A DNA stretch of 63,797 bases, filler included, from Guillardia theta CCMP2712 (taxonomy: Eukaryota > Protista > Cryptophyta): NCBI RefSeq assembly GCF_000315625.1. It is 6 parts of 6 records of this genome, joined end to end, with 100 filler letters (N's around TTAATTAATTAA, not from the genome) between each part and the next. Parts side by side here need not be neighbours in the genome. Positions count along the whole stretch, not along the records: positions 1 to 13,354 come from NW_005434422.1; 5 more parts are not named here. One strand, 5' to 3'. This document shows positions 1 through 11,751 of the stretch, in pieces. Each line of letters starts with the position of its first letter. The stretch's first letter is position 1. The notes beneath the pieces are model-generated. The model was not told the DNA's origin. It saw only the letters and a list, made by a program, of their open reading frames with translations, and searched no databases. Made by a program: the position numbers and the translations under genes.

Positions 1-2115
1 GTGTCACGTGACCGGTCAGGTGAGCCTGTAGCCGGGTCACGGACCCTGTCAGCCGGCTGACATGTCACGGGCCTGCTGACACGGTCCGCTGACCGGTCAC
101 GGCCGCCCGGAGAGATCAGGCCCCCGGCCAATCTCCGGACACTTAGCCTCCTGGCGGGCCTCCAGGGGGTCTGAGGCGGGGCTGAAGGCTGCAGTCGGTC
201 TACTGACGGGCCCGGCCGGCAGGATCCGTCGAGAAACAGGGGGGTCAAGGGAGGTTTTCTTCCCCCTGGGAGAAATGTCCTATGGGTTTTTGGATCTGCG
301 ATATAAAAAAGTCTTGTCTCGGTCACTGATGTGTCACGTGACCGGTCAGGTGAGCCTGTCAGCCGGGTCACGGACCCTGTCAGCCGGGTGACATGTCACG
401 GGCCTGCTGACACGGTCCGCTGACCGGTCACGGCCGCCCGGAGAGATCAGGCCCCCGGCCAATCTCCGGACACTTAGCCTCCTGGCGGGCCTCCAGGGGG
501 TCTGAGGCGGGGCTGAAGGCTGCAGTCGGTCTACTGACGGGCCCGGCCGGCAGGATCCGTCGAGAAACAGGGGGGTCAAGGGAGGATTTCTTCCCCTGGG
601 AGAAATGTCCTATGGGTTTTTGGATCTGCGATATAAAAAAGTCTTGTCTCGGTCACGTGATGTGTCACGTGACCGGTCAGGTGAGCCTGTCAGCCGGGTC
701 ACGGCCCCTGTCAGCCGGCTGACATGTCACGGGCCTGCTGACACGGTCCGCTGACCGGTCACGGCCGCCCGGAGAGATCAGGCCCCCGGCCAATCTCCGG
801 ACACTTAGCCTCCTGGCGGGCCTCCAGGGGGTCTGAGGCGGGGCTGAAGGCTGCAGTCGGTCTACTGACGGGCCCGGCCGGCAGGATCCGTCGAGAAACA
901 GGGGGGTCAAGGGAGGTTTTCTTCCCCCTGGGAGAAATGTCCTATGGGTTTTTGGATCTGCGATATAAAAAAGTCTTGTCTCGGTCACGTGATGTGTCAC
1001 GTGACCGGTCAGGTGAGCCTGTCAGCCGGGTCACGGCCCCTGTCAGCCGGCTGACATGTCACGGGCCTGCTGACACGGTCCGCTGACCGGTCACGGCCGC
1101 CCGGAGAGATCAGGCCCCCGGCCAATCTCCGGACACTTAGCCTCCTGGCGGGCCTCCAGGGGGTCTGAGGCGGGGCTGAAGGCTGCAGTCGGTCTACTGA
1201 CGGGCCCGGCCGGCAGGATCCGTCGAGAAACAGGGGGGTCAAGGGAGGTTTTCTTCCCCCTGGGAGAAATGTCCTATGGGTTTTTGGATCTGCGATATAA
1301 AAAAGTCTTGTCTCGGTCACGTGATGTGTCACGTGACCGGTCAGGTGAGCCTGTCAGCCGGGTCACGGACCCTGTCAGCCGGCTGACATGTCACGGGCCT
1401 GCTGACACGGTCCGCTGACCGGTCACGGCCGCCCGGAGAGATCAAGCCCCCGGCCAATCTCCGGACACTTAGCCTCCTGGCGGGCCTCCAGGGGTCTGAG
1501 GCGGGGCTGAAGGCTGCAGTCGGTCTACTGACGGGCCCGGCCGGCAGGATCCGTCGAGAAACAGGGGGGTCAAGGGAGGTTTTCTTCCCCCTGGGAGAAA
1601 TGTCCTATGGGTTTTTGGATCTGCGATATAAAAAAGTCTTGTCTCGGTCACGTGATGTGTCACGTGACCGGTCAGGTGAGCCTGTCAGCCGGGTCACGGC
1701 CCCTGTCAGCCGGCTGACATGTCACGGGCCTGCTGACACGGTCCGCTGACCGGTCACGGCCGCCCGGAGAGATCAGGCCCCCGGCCAATCTCCGGACACT
1801 TAGCCTCCTGGCGGGCCTCCAGGGGGTCTGAGGCGGGGCTGAAGGCTGCAGTCGGTCTACTGACCGGCCCGGCCGGCAGGATCCGTCGAGAAACAGGGGG
1901 GTCAAGGGAGGTTTTCTTCCCCCTGGGAGAAATGTCCTATGGGTTTTTGGATCTGCGATATAAAAAAGTCTTGTCTCGGTCACGTGATGTGTCACGTGAC
2001 CGGTCAGGTGAGCCTGTCAGCCGGGTCACGGCCCCTGTCAGCCGGCTGACATGTCACGGGCCTGCTGACACGGTCCGCTGACCGGTCACGGCCGCCCGGA
2101 GAGATCAGGCCCCCG
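1..2115. repeat. 332-bp GC-rich tandem satellite, array 1 (~6.4 units)
   Basis: Near-identical units recur every 332 bp (six-frame ORF copies at 677 and 1009); the array stops abruptly at ...caggcccccg (2115). Confidence 0.98.
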
Positions 2116-4534
2116 CATTCCGTTCCAATTCCCTTCTGGATTTTTTCACGTTTCGAAAGGGGTTCTTATTCTCAGATATTTTGATTTCACGGTTCTGAAA
2201 TTTTGTACTGCGATTGAAAAAGGTTCTGAAATATTATTGTCTGACGAAAAGAATCCTTTTCGCACAATTTTGGGCCATCTCCCCGCTCAAGCCCACCGTA
2301 ATTCCCCGGCGCGCGCCGTGCCTGTGAAAATTTTTGCAATGGTCATGCTTCAGAGAAGCACGAATGAGGGTTCCATCTCTTGCAAACAACATGTTTCTAT
2401 GCCATGGTTGCTTTTCTGAGAATGGTTTTGATCAAGGTTAGCATATTCCAAATCAGTATTTGATGCATGGTGTAGGTTTGTCTATGAAATCGGTGTATAC
2501 AGAAGTGATTTGATGTTGGTTGTTCAATTTTGCCACTTATTGCTCCTTGCGATGATGGGGCAAAATCGTTATTATTCTAGCGTCATTACTCATGCACAAT
2601 TATGGAGTGTGTTGGATGTGAATGTATTTGAGTCGAGCCAGTGACTTGTCAACCTGTTCTCATGTCCACCAACAACTTGTAAATCAACAAGATGTAAATC
2701 CTCGGTGAGCCTTGATTGCTGCAAGATTTCAAAGACTCGAATACATTCCTAGCACAGTATTTCAGCTTGAGAGTTTTTCTTCAGAGCAGGCTGTCTGATG
2801 CACTATGTAGAAGGGAGAAAACTTTTCGCAGTGATTAACAGCAAAGAATTCAAGCCAGATGCGTTTTCAATTAGGAGAGCAGTGCTGATGCATTGCTCTG
2901 AGGCTGTCAAATTTGTTACGGTGCAGATGAATTCCTTGTAAACTTTCAATTGCACAAATTTTCAGATGAAGATGTTCCGTGAGTAGAGTTGAGATCATGT
3001 ATGAAGTCTCGATGAAATGAATATGAGTTTTGACAAAATCAGGCTTTTCGAACATGTGTTCAAATTTCCAGGGCCTCAGTGTTGGCAAGGCTTCGACATG
3101 ATGCCAAACATTCATATGTCTTTAGGGACACACATGTGCGGCATATGCGTGCTTGTACTAAAAGACTTGAATGTTTCTGTTGAAAGTCGATCGACAGAGG
3201 AGAAACCTTGCCACCGCGCATGCTAGTTCGAATCTTTTATTGAAAATAGACATGTTCATTACTGGACTGCATCTACACGATCAATAAGCCCATCCTTCCT
3301 TGTGCATTTGAGCTCCGATGTTCAAGTATGTGATCATTGCCACCTGGGTGACACCGCACAAAATACAAGAAGTTTTCTTGCTTCTTGGATATCAGTCTTG
3401 GATTGCTTCAAAATAGGGCGGAAGGGACGGGCAGTAGATAATTGAATGACCTCAAAATCATCTTTTGTTGCTACATTGAGTACATGCATGCCTGTTAACA
3501 AACAGACGAGGCGAATGCTCACTTGCAGCTTTGCGATTCGACAAATAAGGGCATCAGTGCATGGGCCAGGATATCCACAATGACACGGCAACAATCCAAG
3601 AACTTTGGATTGACAAACAGTCTAGACATGTAGTCATGCATTAGAATCAGTAACTTGCCTGAACACAGCTTGTTGATGCTACTGCTCTCCTTCTGATAAT
3701 AACATTGGTGGCTGTCATTCAAGTCTAAAGTTGATGGGCCATATCCCCCAGTTCCTCTGACAGCAGTTGACTTAGATATTGGCTGAGATGAATCAAGATC
3801 TCGCTAACGATCAACATGTTCCCTGACTTCGAAAAGCGTTGACATACATCGAAGTTTGAATCCATTGCACTTGGTTCATCACCACAACAGAGCTGCATTC
3901 ATGCAAGGTAGGTTCTTTTCAAGACCCTTCTTGTATCTATGCAACAATACAATATGATTCGAAGCATACACACATGATAATTCGATTGCAACACGTCCTC
4001 ATGGTATCATGGCCATCGCTCCTTGTCGTGGCTCAAGCAGAAGGCGTGTGGGGTTGAGGAATTGACCCACCCCTACCTTCCGATTTCCATCTACTCAGGC
4101 TTTTTCAAAGGTAGGGGGTACTGGCTTTGGTCAAAGTAATTTGATTCAAACTTTTCCCTTGCGAGAGGGTCATTGAGCTATGGACCACAGGGGTGGGTGC
4201 TGTTTGACCACTTACCGGTAATCGAATATGATACTTTTCGACGCCAATTCCAGTACGGAGAGCCCATACTTTTAAGATTTCATCCTTCCTCCCTTGAATC
4301 CGATCCACCCCACCCTGACTCTGACGGAGTGAAACGTACGGGTTCTCTAAACTATCTGAAACCACCCATGCGAACCTCACAGAAAATGAGGGACTTTTGT
4401 GGTACAACCTCATGTATGGGGAGCCCTGAGGACCTCCGTACAAATACCACAACGCTTTGGAATAAGTATTTTAAGGGCAGTACAAACAAAACGCCCTGGT
4501 ACTAAAGATTCCAGAAGGGGATTGGAACGGAATG
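2116..4534. mobile_element. Non-autonomous TIR DNA element 1 (~2.42 kb)
   Basis: Left end CATTCCGTTCCAATTCCCTTCTGGA matches the reverse complement of the right end CATTCCGTTCCAATCCCCTTCTGGA (25 bp, 1 mismatch); AT-rich interior with no long ORF; flanks g|...|g. Confidence 0.85.
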
Positions 4535-5327
4535 GGGCCGAGAGCCTGTGACCATCCAGCGCCGAGCAACTTCCGCCAGCCGGACCACAGAACCCACCCG
4601 GCACCGGGTACCACGTGCCACGACGGTAACTGGCAGCGCCGGCGGATTCCGGGAGCACGGTCAACGGGCGCCACTGCCGAACTTCCGGCGGACTGGAGGC
4701 CGGGCCCCGGCCGCCCGGCCCGGGCCGCCCCCGGGGATCCGGGGCATGGCAAGCACCGTGCCACGGTGTGGCAGTACCGTGTACCGGGCGGCGCCGAGGG
4801 CCTGGCACTGGGTGCCGCCGCCCGCAGTGCCACCGATGGCAGAGAGACCAAGGCGGCTCAGTACCGGAGCAAAGGTTGGCATGCGGAGGCCTGAACTGAG
4901 TTCGGAGTCCCGGTCCGGGACTGAGTCCGCCGGGGCGCCGGCCCCGCCGCGGGTCCGAGTCACCGGGTTCAGGGCCCCGGCGGCGCAGGCCCCCCCGGGG
5001 TCGGCCCGGGCGGCCGGCTGCCACTGGGTGCTGCAGTGCCAGCCTCGGGGTCGCAGGCCGGATGCCTGTCAATGCGGCGGGCCCTGCACTCGGATCGGCC
5101 CGGTCTAGTTTTCGAGATTAGAAGCCTGCCACACTGGGGCAGCCGGGACGTGGGAGTCCGATATGATATCGGATGTCTAATTCATCAGAGTCAAGTGACG
5201 CTCCGATGATTGCTTCCAAGTTCACTGACGGCAAGATCGGACTCGGACCCGAGTCATAGATATCCAGGCTTACTAGAGTCAAAATTTCTTTCCGAAGTCA
5301 TCGAGTCACCCGAGTCCGGCCGCCGGG
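4535..5327. other. GC-rich non-coding CCGG/GGCA/GAGTC island
   Basis: Dense CCGG, GTACCG, TGCC and GAGTC motifs; overlapping Pro/Gly/Arg-rich ORFs on both strands with no recognisable domain. Confidence 0.6.
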
Positions 5328-6451
5328 CATTCCATTGGGTTCTCAACTGGATTTTATTCCGTCGACGGTCTCGGCGGGGTCTTTTTCTACCTGGATTTTT
5401 CTGAATGAATAGGTTTTGGATTTCAAAGCGAAAATTTTCCTTGAAATGTTTTACTTCTGTCAAACCACGCCATTTCAAATTGTGGGATCCTGCCAGCACC
5501 GTGCCATTTCTGGAATTTTTAAACGTTGTACAGAATGTACCAATGTTGTACACGGTGTCAGTTTGGGAGACTCACGTTCAAGCAGATCGCGCCCTGTGGG
5601 CACCATGTTGTGAGATAAATACATCATTGTGATGACAAGAACATCTTTTGATGCCAAATTTGACCAGATTTGAATGTATCATGTGGGAAAACGACTGCAT
5701 TTCCTTTAAGCAGAGTGTTTTGAGGATGATCATCGGATGCATATCATGTTGCAATAAGAATTTTGTGGAAAGGAAATATTTGAATCTCAGTTCGTTGAGT
5801 TGCGTGTAAATGCAAATATGCTTTGAAGCATTGTGAGCATAGTTGTAACTGTGCATTGACTTGTAATAGTGTAAGGTATGCATTCAAATTTGCATGCTCA
5901 CGCTATCCAATAATTGTGTGACTTTCCTTGTCATACTTGCACTGAAACACCAGCTGTTTTCACACTTTCAGAAGGGAAACATGAAAGGAATCGATCAGAG
6001 AGGCAACCTTCGAAGACATAAAGGAAATGCTATTCTCCTTATTGCGATGACGGCCTAGCTTCCTGTACCAGAATGCTTCGTCGGTTGTATATGAAACATA
6101 TTTCAAGAGACTTGCTGGTGCTTTGCCATGATTGCATTTTTTTAGGCTTCTCCCAACGCATTCCACAACAGTTTGAGTCTTGTGAAATGCTCTCAACAGC
6201 CAGTGGCATGGCGATTGTAACATGTCATTGGAGTTTGAGAGGCTGGGGGAGGAGAGATGAGGGGAGAGGGGAGGGGGGAAGGAGAGGGGATAGGAGGGGT
6301 TGGAAGGAAAAGCGAAGCCTGGGAAGTATTGATATGCTGATCGCGAGAGACTGGGAGATGCCAGAGGAGAGACGGTTTACTCAAGACCACTAGCGAGGAA
6401 GGGAGGAGGGCTTGGAGGAGAGGCGAGGAAGGAGAAAGCTTCGGGTAGAGA
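5328..6451. mobile_element. Probable left part of a third CATTCC-terminated element (runs into an assembly gap)
   Basis: Sharp GC-to-AT switch at ccggg|CATTCCATTGGG; TGCA/CATG-rich interior like elements 1 and 2; right end not visible. Confidence 0.55.
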
Positions 6452-6586
6452 NNNNNNNNNNNNNNNNNNNNNNNNNNNNNNNNNNNNNNNNNNNNNNNNN
6501 NNNNNNNNNNNNNNNNNNNNNNNNNNNNNNNNNNNNNNNNNNNNNNNNNNNGGGGGCCGCGCGGTTGGGGCGATACTAGCCAGACC

Positions 6587-7637
6587 TACTGACACGGTCG
6601 CTGACGTGTACCGCCGCCCGTAGAGATCAGGCCCCCGGCCAATCTCCGGACACTTAGCCTCCTGGCGGGCCTCCAGGGGGTCTGAGGCGGGGCTGAAGGC
6701 TGCAGTCGGTCTACTGACGGGCCCGGCCGGCAGGAGTCGTCGAGAAACAGGGGGGTCAAGGGAGGTTTTCTTCCCCCTGGGAGAAATGTCCTATGGGTTT
6801 TTGGATCTGCGATATAAAAAAGTCTTGTCTCGGTCACGTGATGTGTCACGTGACCGGTCAGGTGAGCCTGTCAGCCGGGTCACGGCCCCTGTCAGCCGGC
6901 TGACATGTCACGGGCCTGCTGACACGGTCCGCTGACCGGTCACGGCCGCCCGGAGAGATCAGGCCCCCGGCCAATCTCCGGACACTTAGCCTCCTGGCGG
7001 GCCTCCAGGGGGTCTGAGGCGGGGCTGAAGGCTGCAGTCGGTCTACTGACGGGCCCGGCCGGCAGGATCCGTCGAGAAACAGGGGGGTCAAGGGAGGTTT
7101 TCTTCCCCCTGGGAGAAAGGTCCTATGGGTTTTTGGATCTGCGATATAAAAAAGTCTTGTCTCGGTCACGTGATGTGTCACGTGACCGGTCAGGTGAGCC
7201 TGTCAGCCGGGTCACGGCCCCTGTCAGCCGGCTGACATGTCACGGGCCTGCTGACACGGTCCGCTGACCGGTCACGGCCGCCCGGAGAGATCAGGCCCCC
7301 GGCCAATCTCCGGACACTTAGCCTCCTGGCGGGCCTCCAGGGGGTCTGAGGCGGGGCTGAAGGCTGCAGTCGGTCTACTGACCGGCCCGGCCGGCAGGAT
7401 CCGTCGAGAAACAGGGGGGTCAAGGGAGGTTTTCTTCCCCCTGGGAGAAATGTCCTATGGGTTTTTGGATCTGCGATATAAAAAAGTCTTGTCTCGGTCA
7501 CGTGATGTGTCACGTGACCGGTCAGGTGAGCCTGTCAGCCGGGTCACCGCCCCTGTCAGCCGGCTGACATGTCACGGGCCTGCTGACACGGTCCGCTGAC
7601 CGGTCACGGCCGCCCGGAGAGATCAGGCCCCCGGCCA
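6587..7637. repeat. 332-bp satellite, array 2 (~3.2 units)
   Basis: Same unit; the first ~40 bp after the gap are degenerate; ends at ...cccggcca. Confidence 0.97.
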
Positions 7638-10174
7638 CATGCCGTTCACAAGGCCATATGCAGGCTCTAGCAAAATTGGTCTTTTTTTTTCTCCTTGGGA
7701 AGGGGTTCATATATACACTTCCATTCAGCTACCCCGGTTTTTGCTCTCTTACTGGGGGGTAGTGAGACAGGGATAAAGTAGGGTGGGGTGATTTGAATTA
7801 TACTGGCGTGGTACCCTGTCCCCCGCCTTACTTTTTGAAGCACTTCATTTTAATTGTTTAGTCAGCGCTTCAATCGTACACATCTATGTACGGATGAAGT
7901 GCCTCTGGTACAGTCTGTACTATTCTTTTAAAGTGGTTTCGACAGGCGTCTCGAATCAGCCTCCACCCTAGTGACTTCCTTTGTCTGGAGGGGTAGAGGA
8001 CCGAAAGATTCTCTCATACCCGTGCATTTCACTGTATCACGGTACGTGGGGGTGCTAATGGAAAAGAAGGCATTTCGATTGCCGTTGGAGCTCACCACGC
8101 CAATACCCCCGGTTCCCCTTCATCACCTTTACGAAAGGCGGGGTGGGTAGCTAGCAAAGAATACAAATCTACCCTTTGATTCAAGAGTTTGAAATTGGGA
8201 AATAGGGGGTAGGGTGCTATCTCCACTCTCCTTTCCCCAAATCCCCCCTCCCTGGGCAAGCAAGAGATGGCTGATTGATCCTTCACCCGCATGCAACGAC
8301 AAGTCATCATGGTGAGAGGCTTCGAATCTATTGCTGCTTGAATGTGGATGAGAATTTAATCGTCTAATGTATCCATGTAGATAGACTAAGACCTTTTCTT
8401 AGTCTCTGACTTTGAAAGAAAGTTTTGAATTCCGCTTCTCTTACATGACTGCATGACAGAGAAAGCTGTCTAGGAATGAAGATGTCTTTGGAATACATTG
8501 CAAAAGATGAATACACCTTTTCTGCTCTCTTATTCGTTGTTTCAAGCATGAGAGCCGTATGTACGAGGATTCAGAGAGGAAGTATGGTTTACAATGCTGC
8601 ACCATCAGTTTGCAAATGAGGTGCTTTCATGCACTCCAATCTTGCAAATATGCTAGAAATATTCAAGTATTTGCAGTTCAGATCCTCAAAAGCAACATCT
8701 TCACATTAGTTCTGCTTGAGCATGCATTCAAAATGCTCAAGGATCAACATGCTCCACGTAGCTGTGGCGACATGGAAAGTCTGTTTCAACCACAGGATAA
8801 GAATCCTACAGCAATCAATGTGGCTTACTAGAGCTACAAGCATACATTGTGCATAATTAGGTTTATTTGCAACTTTTTGATGTATCTCTGCTATGCAGGC
8901 ACAACGAAGAAACCAATGTGAGGCTTATTGTGCTGACCATTGCGCATGTATTTGATGCTACTTGCGGTTGTCATTGTAATTAGATTGTTGCAAAGAATGA
9001 TACCTCATGAATGTATAAAGATTTCTGCAATCAGATCACTACCATTTGTGATGTCGATCCCAAGCTTACAGTGAGTCGGAATGGTCTACAGGGGAAGTGA
9101 TGTTTTCATCATCATTCAACCCTTGCATGCATTCTGCATTTATGTGAAATGAAAGAAGATACAGAAATGCTCTTTAGCATGGCCTCGAATGCAAGACTGA
9201 TATCACTTTATTTCACAATAGAACAAATAATACATGTGTGCATACTGTGTTGACGGTTCAAATGTCCGACATCACAGCTAGATGAACGCTCAAAACTAAT
9301 CCCACGCATCAAGAAATCAACACACTCTGCAAATCTCAGAAGTGGAGACTCTCGACAGTGTTCAAGGCTTAAGATGTCTTGATTGCCTCTGGCGGCATCA
9401 GTGTTTACATGCAATCAAACATCCTCACTGCAGTAGGCGAAATGCATGCAGAAATCTTGTGAAACAATCTATGCAATGCTTGATGTCTAATATAACAAGT
9501 GGGCTTGACTAATTACGTGGATCTGCAACATGATGCTATCTCCATCAAACAAATCTTCAAGGCATCGCATGTGGAAAATATGCAATTCAAAAATCATTCA
9601 TCGCAGGGAAGTATCTTATGATTATTCTGCGCTGCCATAAGGTTGGTGTCAAGTCAAAATGACAAGCGATCTCCTGCACTGGATTCAAACCTCATGTTTT
9701 CATCATCTTGTTCTTCATAATAACCTTTTGAACCATGGATCTCACAACGCCATTGCTGCACACTCTGTTGTCACCGAACGCATCACCACGAACCTAGCGG
9801 TCTCAGGTCTCAAACTGTGCGGACTAGAGAGCTTCAAACCTAACAAAGCCTTGCATGCTGAGATCTGATGCTGGCTACAGCAGCGGATGGTCTTACAGCG
9901 GCATCGTTGGAGGAGCAGCTTTGGTGCTACGTGCCGGCGTGTAGGGGAGACATGAGTCGGGCGTGTACGATGTTGAAAACATTTCAACCCTCTGAAATGA
10001 AAGTTAAAATACATGTAAAGGCCTAGCAGAAATGATAACTAAACTGCACTGGTACTCTTTGGAGGTATCTCTTGCTGCCGTTGAAAACTTGTTTGAATTC
10101 ACACGCCACCCCAAAAAAAACTTTCTCGAAAAGAAGAGTGGAAATTAACGAAAGGGCTAAAAGTGAACGGCATG
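7638..10174. mobile_element. Non-autonomous TIR DNA element 2 (~2.54 kb) inserted inside a satellite unit
   Basis: Perfect 12-bp TIR CATGCCGTTCAC (7638) ... GTGAACGGCATG (10163-10174); the satellite breaks at ggcca| and resumes at |aatctcc. Confidence 0.9.
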
Positions 10175-10943
10175 AATCTCCGGACACTTAGCCTCCTGGC
10201 GGGCCTCCAGGGGGTCTGAGGCGGGGCTGAAGGCTGCAGTCGGTCTACTGACCGGCCCGGCCGGCAGGATCCGTCGAGAAACAGGGGGGTCAAGGGAGGT
10301 TTTCTTCCCCCTGGGAGAAATGTCCTATGGGTTTTTGGATCTGCGATATAAAAAAGTCTTGTCTCGGTCACGTGATGTGTCACGTGACCGGTCAGGTGAG
10401 CCTGTCAGCCGGGTCACGGCCCCTGTCAGCCGGCTGACATGTCACGGGCCTGCTGACACGGTCCGCTGACCGGTCACGGCCGCCCGGAGAGATCAGGCCC
10501 CCGGCCAATCTCCGGACACTTAGCCTCCTGGCGGGCCTCCAGGGGGTCTGAGGCGGGGCTGAAGGCTGCAGTCGGTCTACTGACCGGCCCGGCCGGCAGG
10601 ATCCGTCGAGAAACAGGGGGGTCAAGGGAGGTTTTCTTCCCCCTGGGAGAAATGTCCTATGGGTTTTTGGATCTGCGATATAAAAAAGTCTTGTCTCGGT
10701 CACGTGATGTGTCACGTGACCGGTCAGGTGAGCCTGTCAGCCGGGTCACGGCCCCTGTCAGCCGGCTGACATGTCACGGGCCTGCTGACACGGTCCGCTG
10801 ACCGGTCACGGCCGCCCGGAGAGATCAGGCCCCCGGCCAATCTCCGGACACTTAGCCTCCTGGGGGGTCTGAGCGGGGCTGAAGCTGCAGTCGGTCTACT
10901 GACCGGCCCGGCCGGCAGGATCCGTCGAGAAACAGGGGGTCAA
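10175..10943. repeat. 332-bp satellite, array 3 (~2.3 units)
   Basis: Same unit; the last copy has small deletions near 10861-10885. Confidence 0.97.
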
Positions 10944-11417
10944 TAGTTGAAAGTATGTTTGAATCGGGGACCGTGTCGAGCAGTTTTAGGTTTACAAGTA
11001 TTCTTGCTTCCTCCAAACAACAAGGTTTCAAACATTAAAACTATTTTTGACCATGACACGCTTTTACACGCCTGGGGGGTGCATATAGTACAATCGAATC
11101 GGCTTGCCCTACCCTTTCCCCCATTGCTCTGCATCCGGGAAGCAACGGGGAGAGAGGGGGGCAGGGGGGAGGGAGGGAGCAGGGAGGAAGGGAGGGGAGC
11201 AGGGGGGAGGGAGGGAGGGAGAAGAGCATTAAAGGANNNNNNNNNNNNNNNNNNNNNNNNNNNNNNNNNNNNNNNNNNNNNNNNNNNNNNNNNNNNNNNN
11301 NNNNNNNNNNNNNNNNNNNNNNNNNNNNNNNNNNNNNNNNNNNNNNNNNNNNNNNNNNNNNNNNNNNNNNNNNNNNNNNNNNNNNNNNNNNNNNNNNNNN
11401 NNNNNNNNNNNNNNNNN

Positions 11418-11751
11418 CTTGATTTGAAAACAAAAATACTTATTGGCTAGATTTACTACACTCGTCAATGGCTGACACTAATAAGATTTCATGAGCGTGT
11501 ATCGAAATATACGAATAACCCTACCCCCTCCATATCAGACAAACATACCGGTACACAGGGTAGAGAGCAGCCAAGAGGCGTGTAAGCCGGAACTCAAATG
11601 CTTAAAACAAATATAAAAGAGTACTGAGTGGTACAAATCATTCTGGTACAAAATTGACTAAAACTGTATGCTTATGATCAAATTAACAGGTACAAGTGTT
11701 TGTTAAAAGGATATTAATTTATAATTGGGCATTAGTAAATGCCATGGAATG
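11418..11751. mobile_element. Probable right end of a fourth GGAATG-terminated element
   Basis: AT-rich DNA ends at gccatGGAATG|caggcccccgg where the satellite resumes; its reverse complement begins CATTCCAT, as at 5328. Confidence 0.55.

Noticed and set aside
677-1000. Repeated 107-aa ORF MTHHVTETRLFY... in each satellite unit
   Set aside because: Non-ATG start, no recognisable domain, broken by indels in several units; an expected by-product of a GC-rich repeat.
4410-5108. Overlapping 100-220 aa Pro/Gly/Arg-rich ORFs
   Set aside because: Stop-poor GC-rich island open in several frames; no homology signal.
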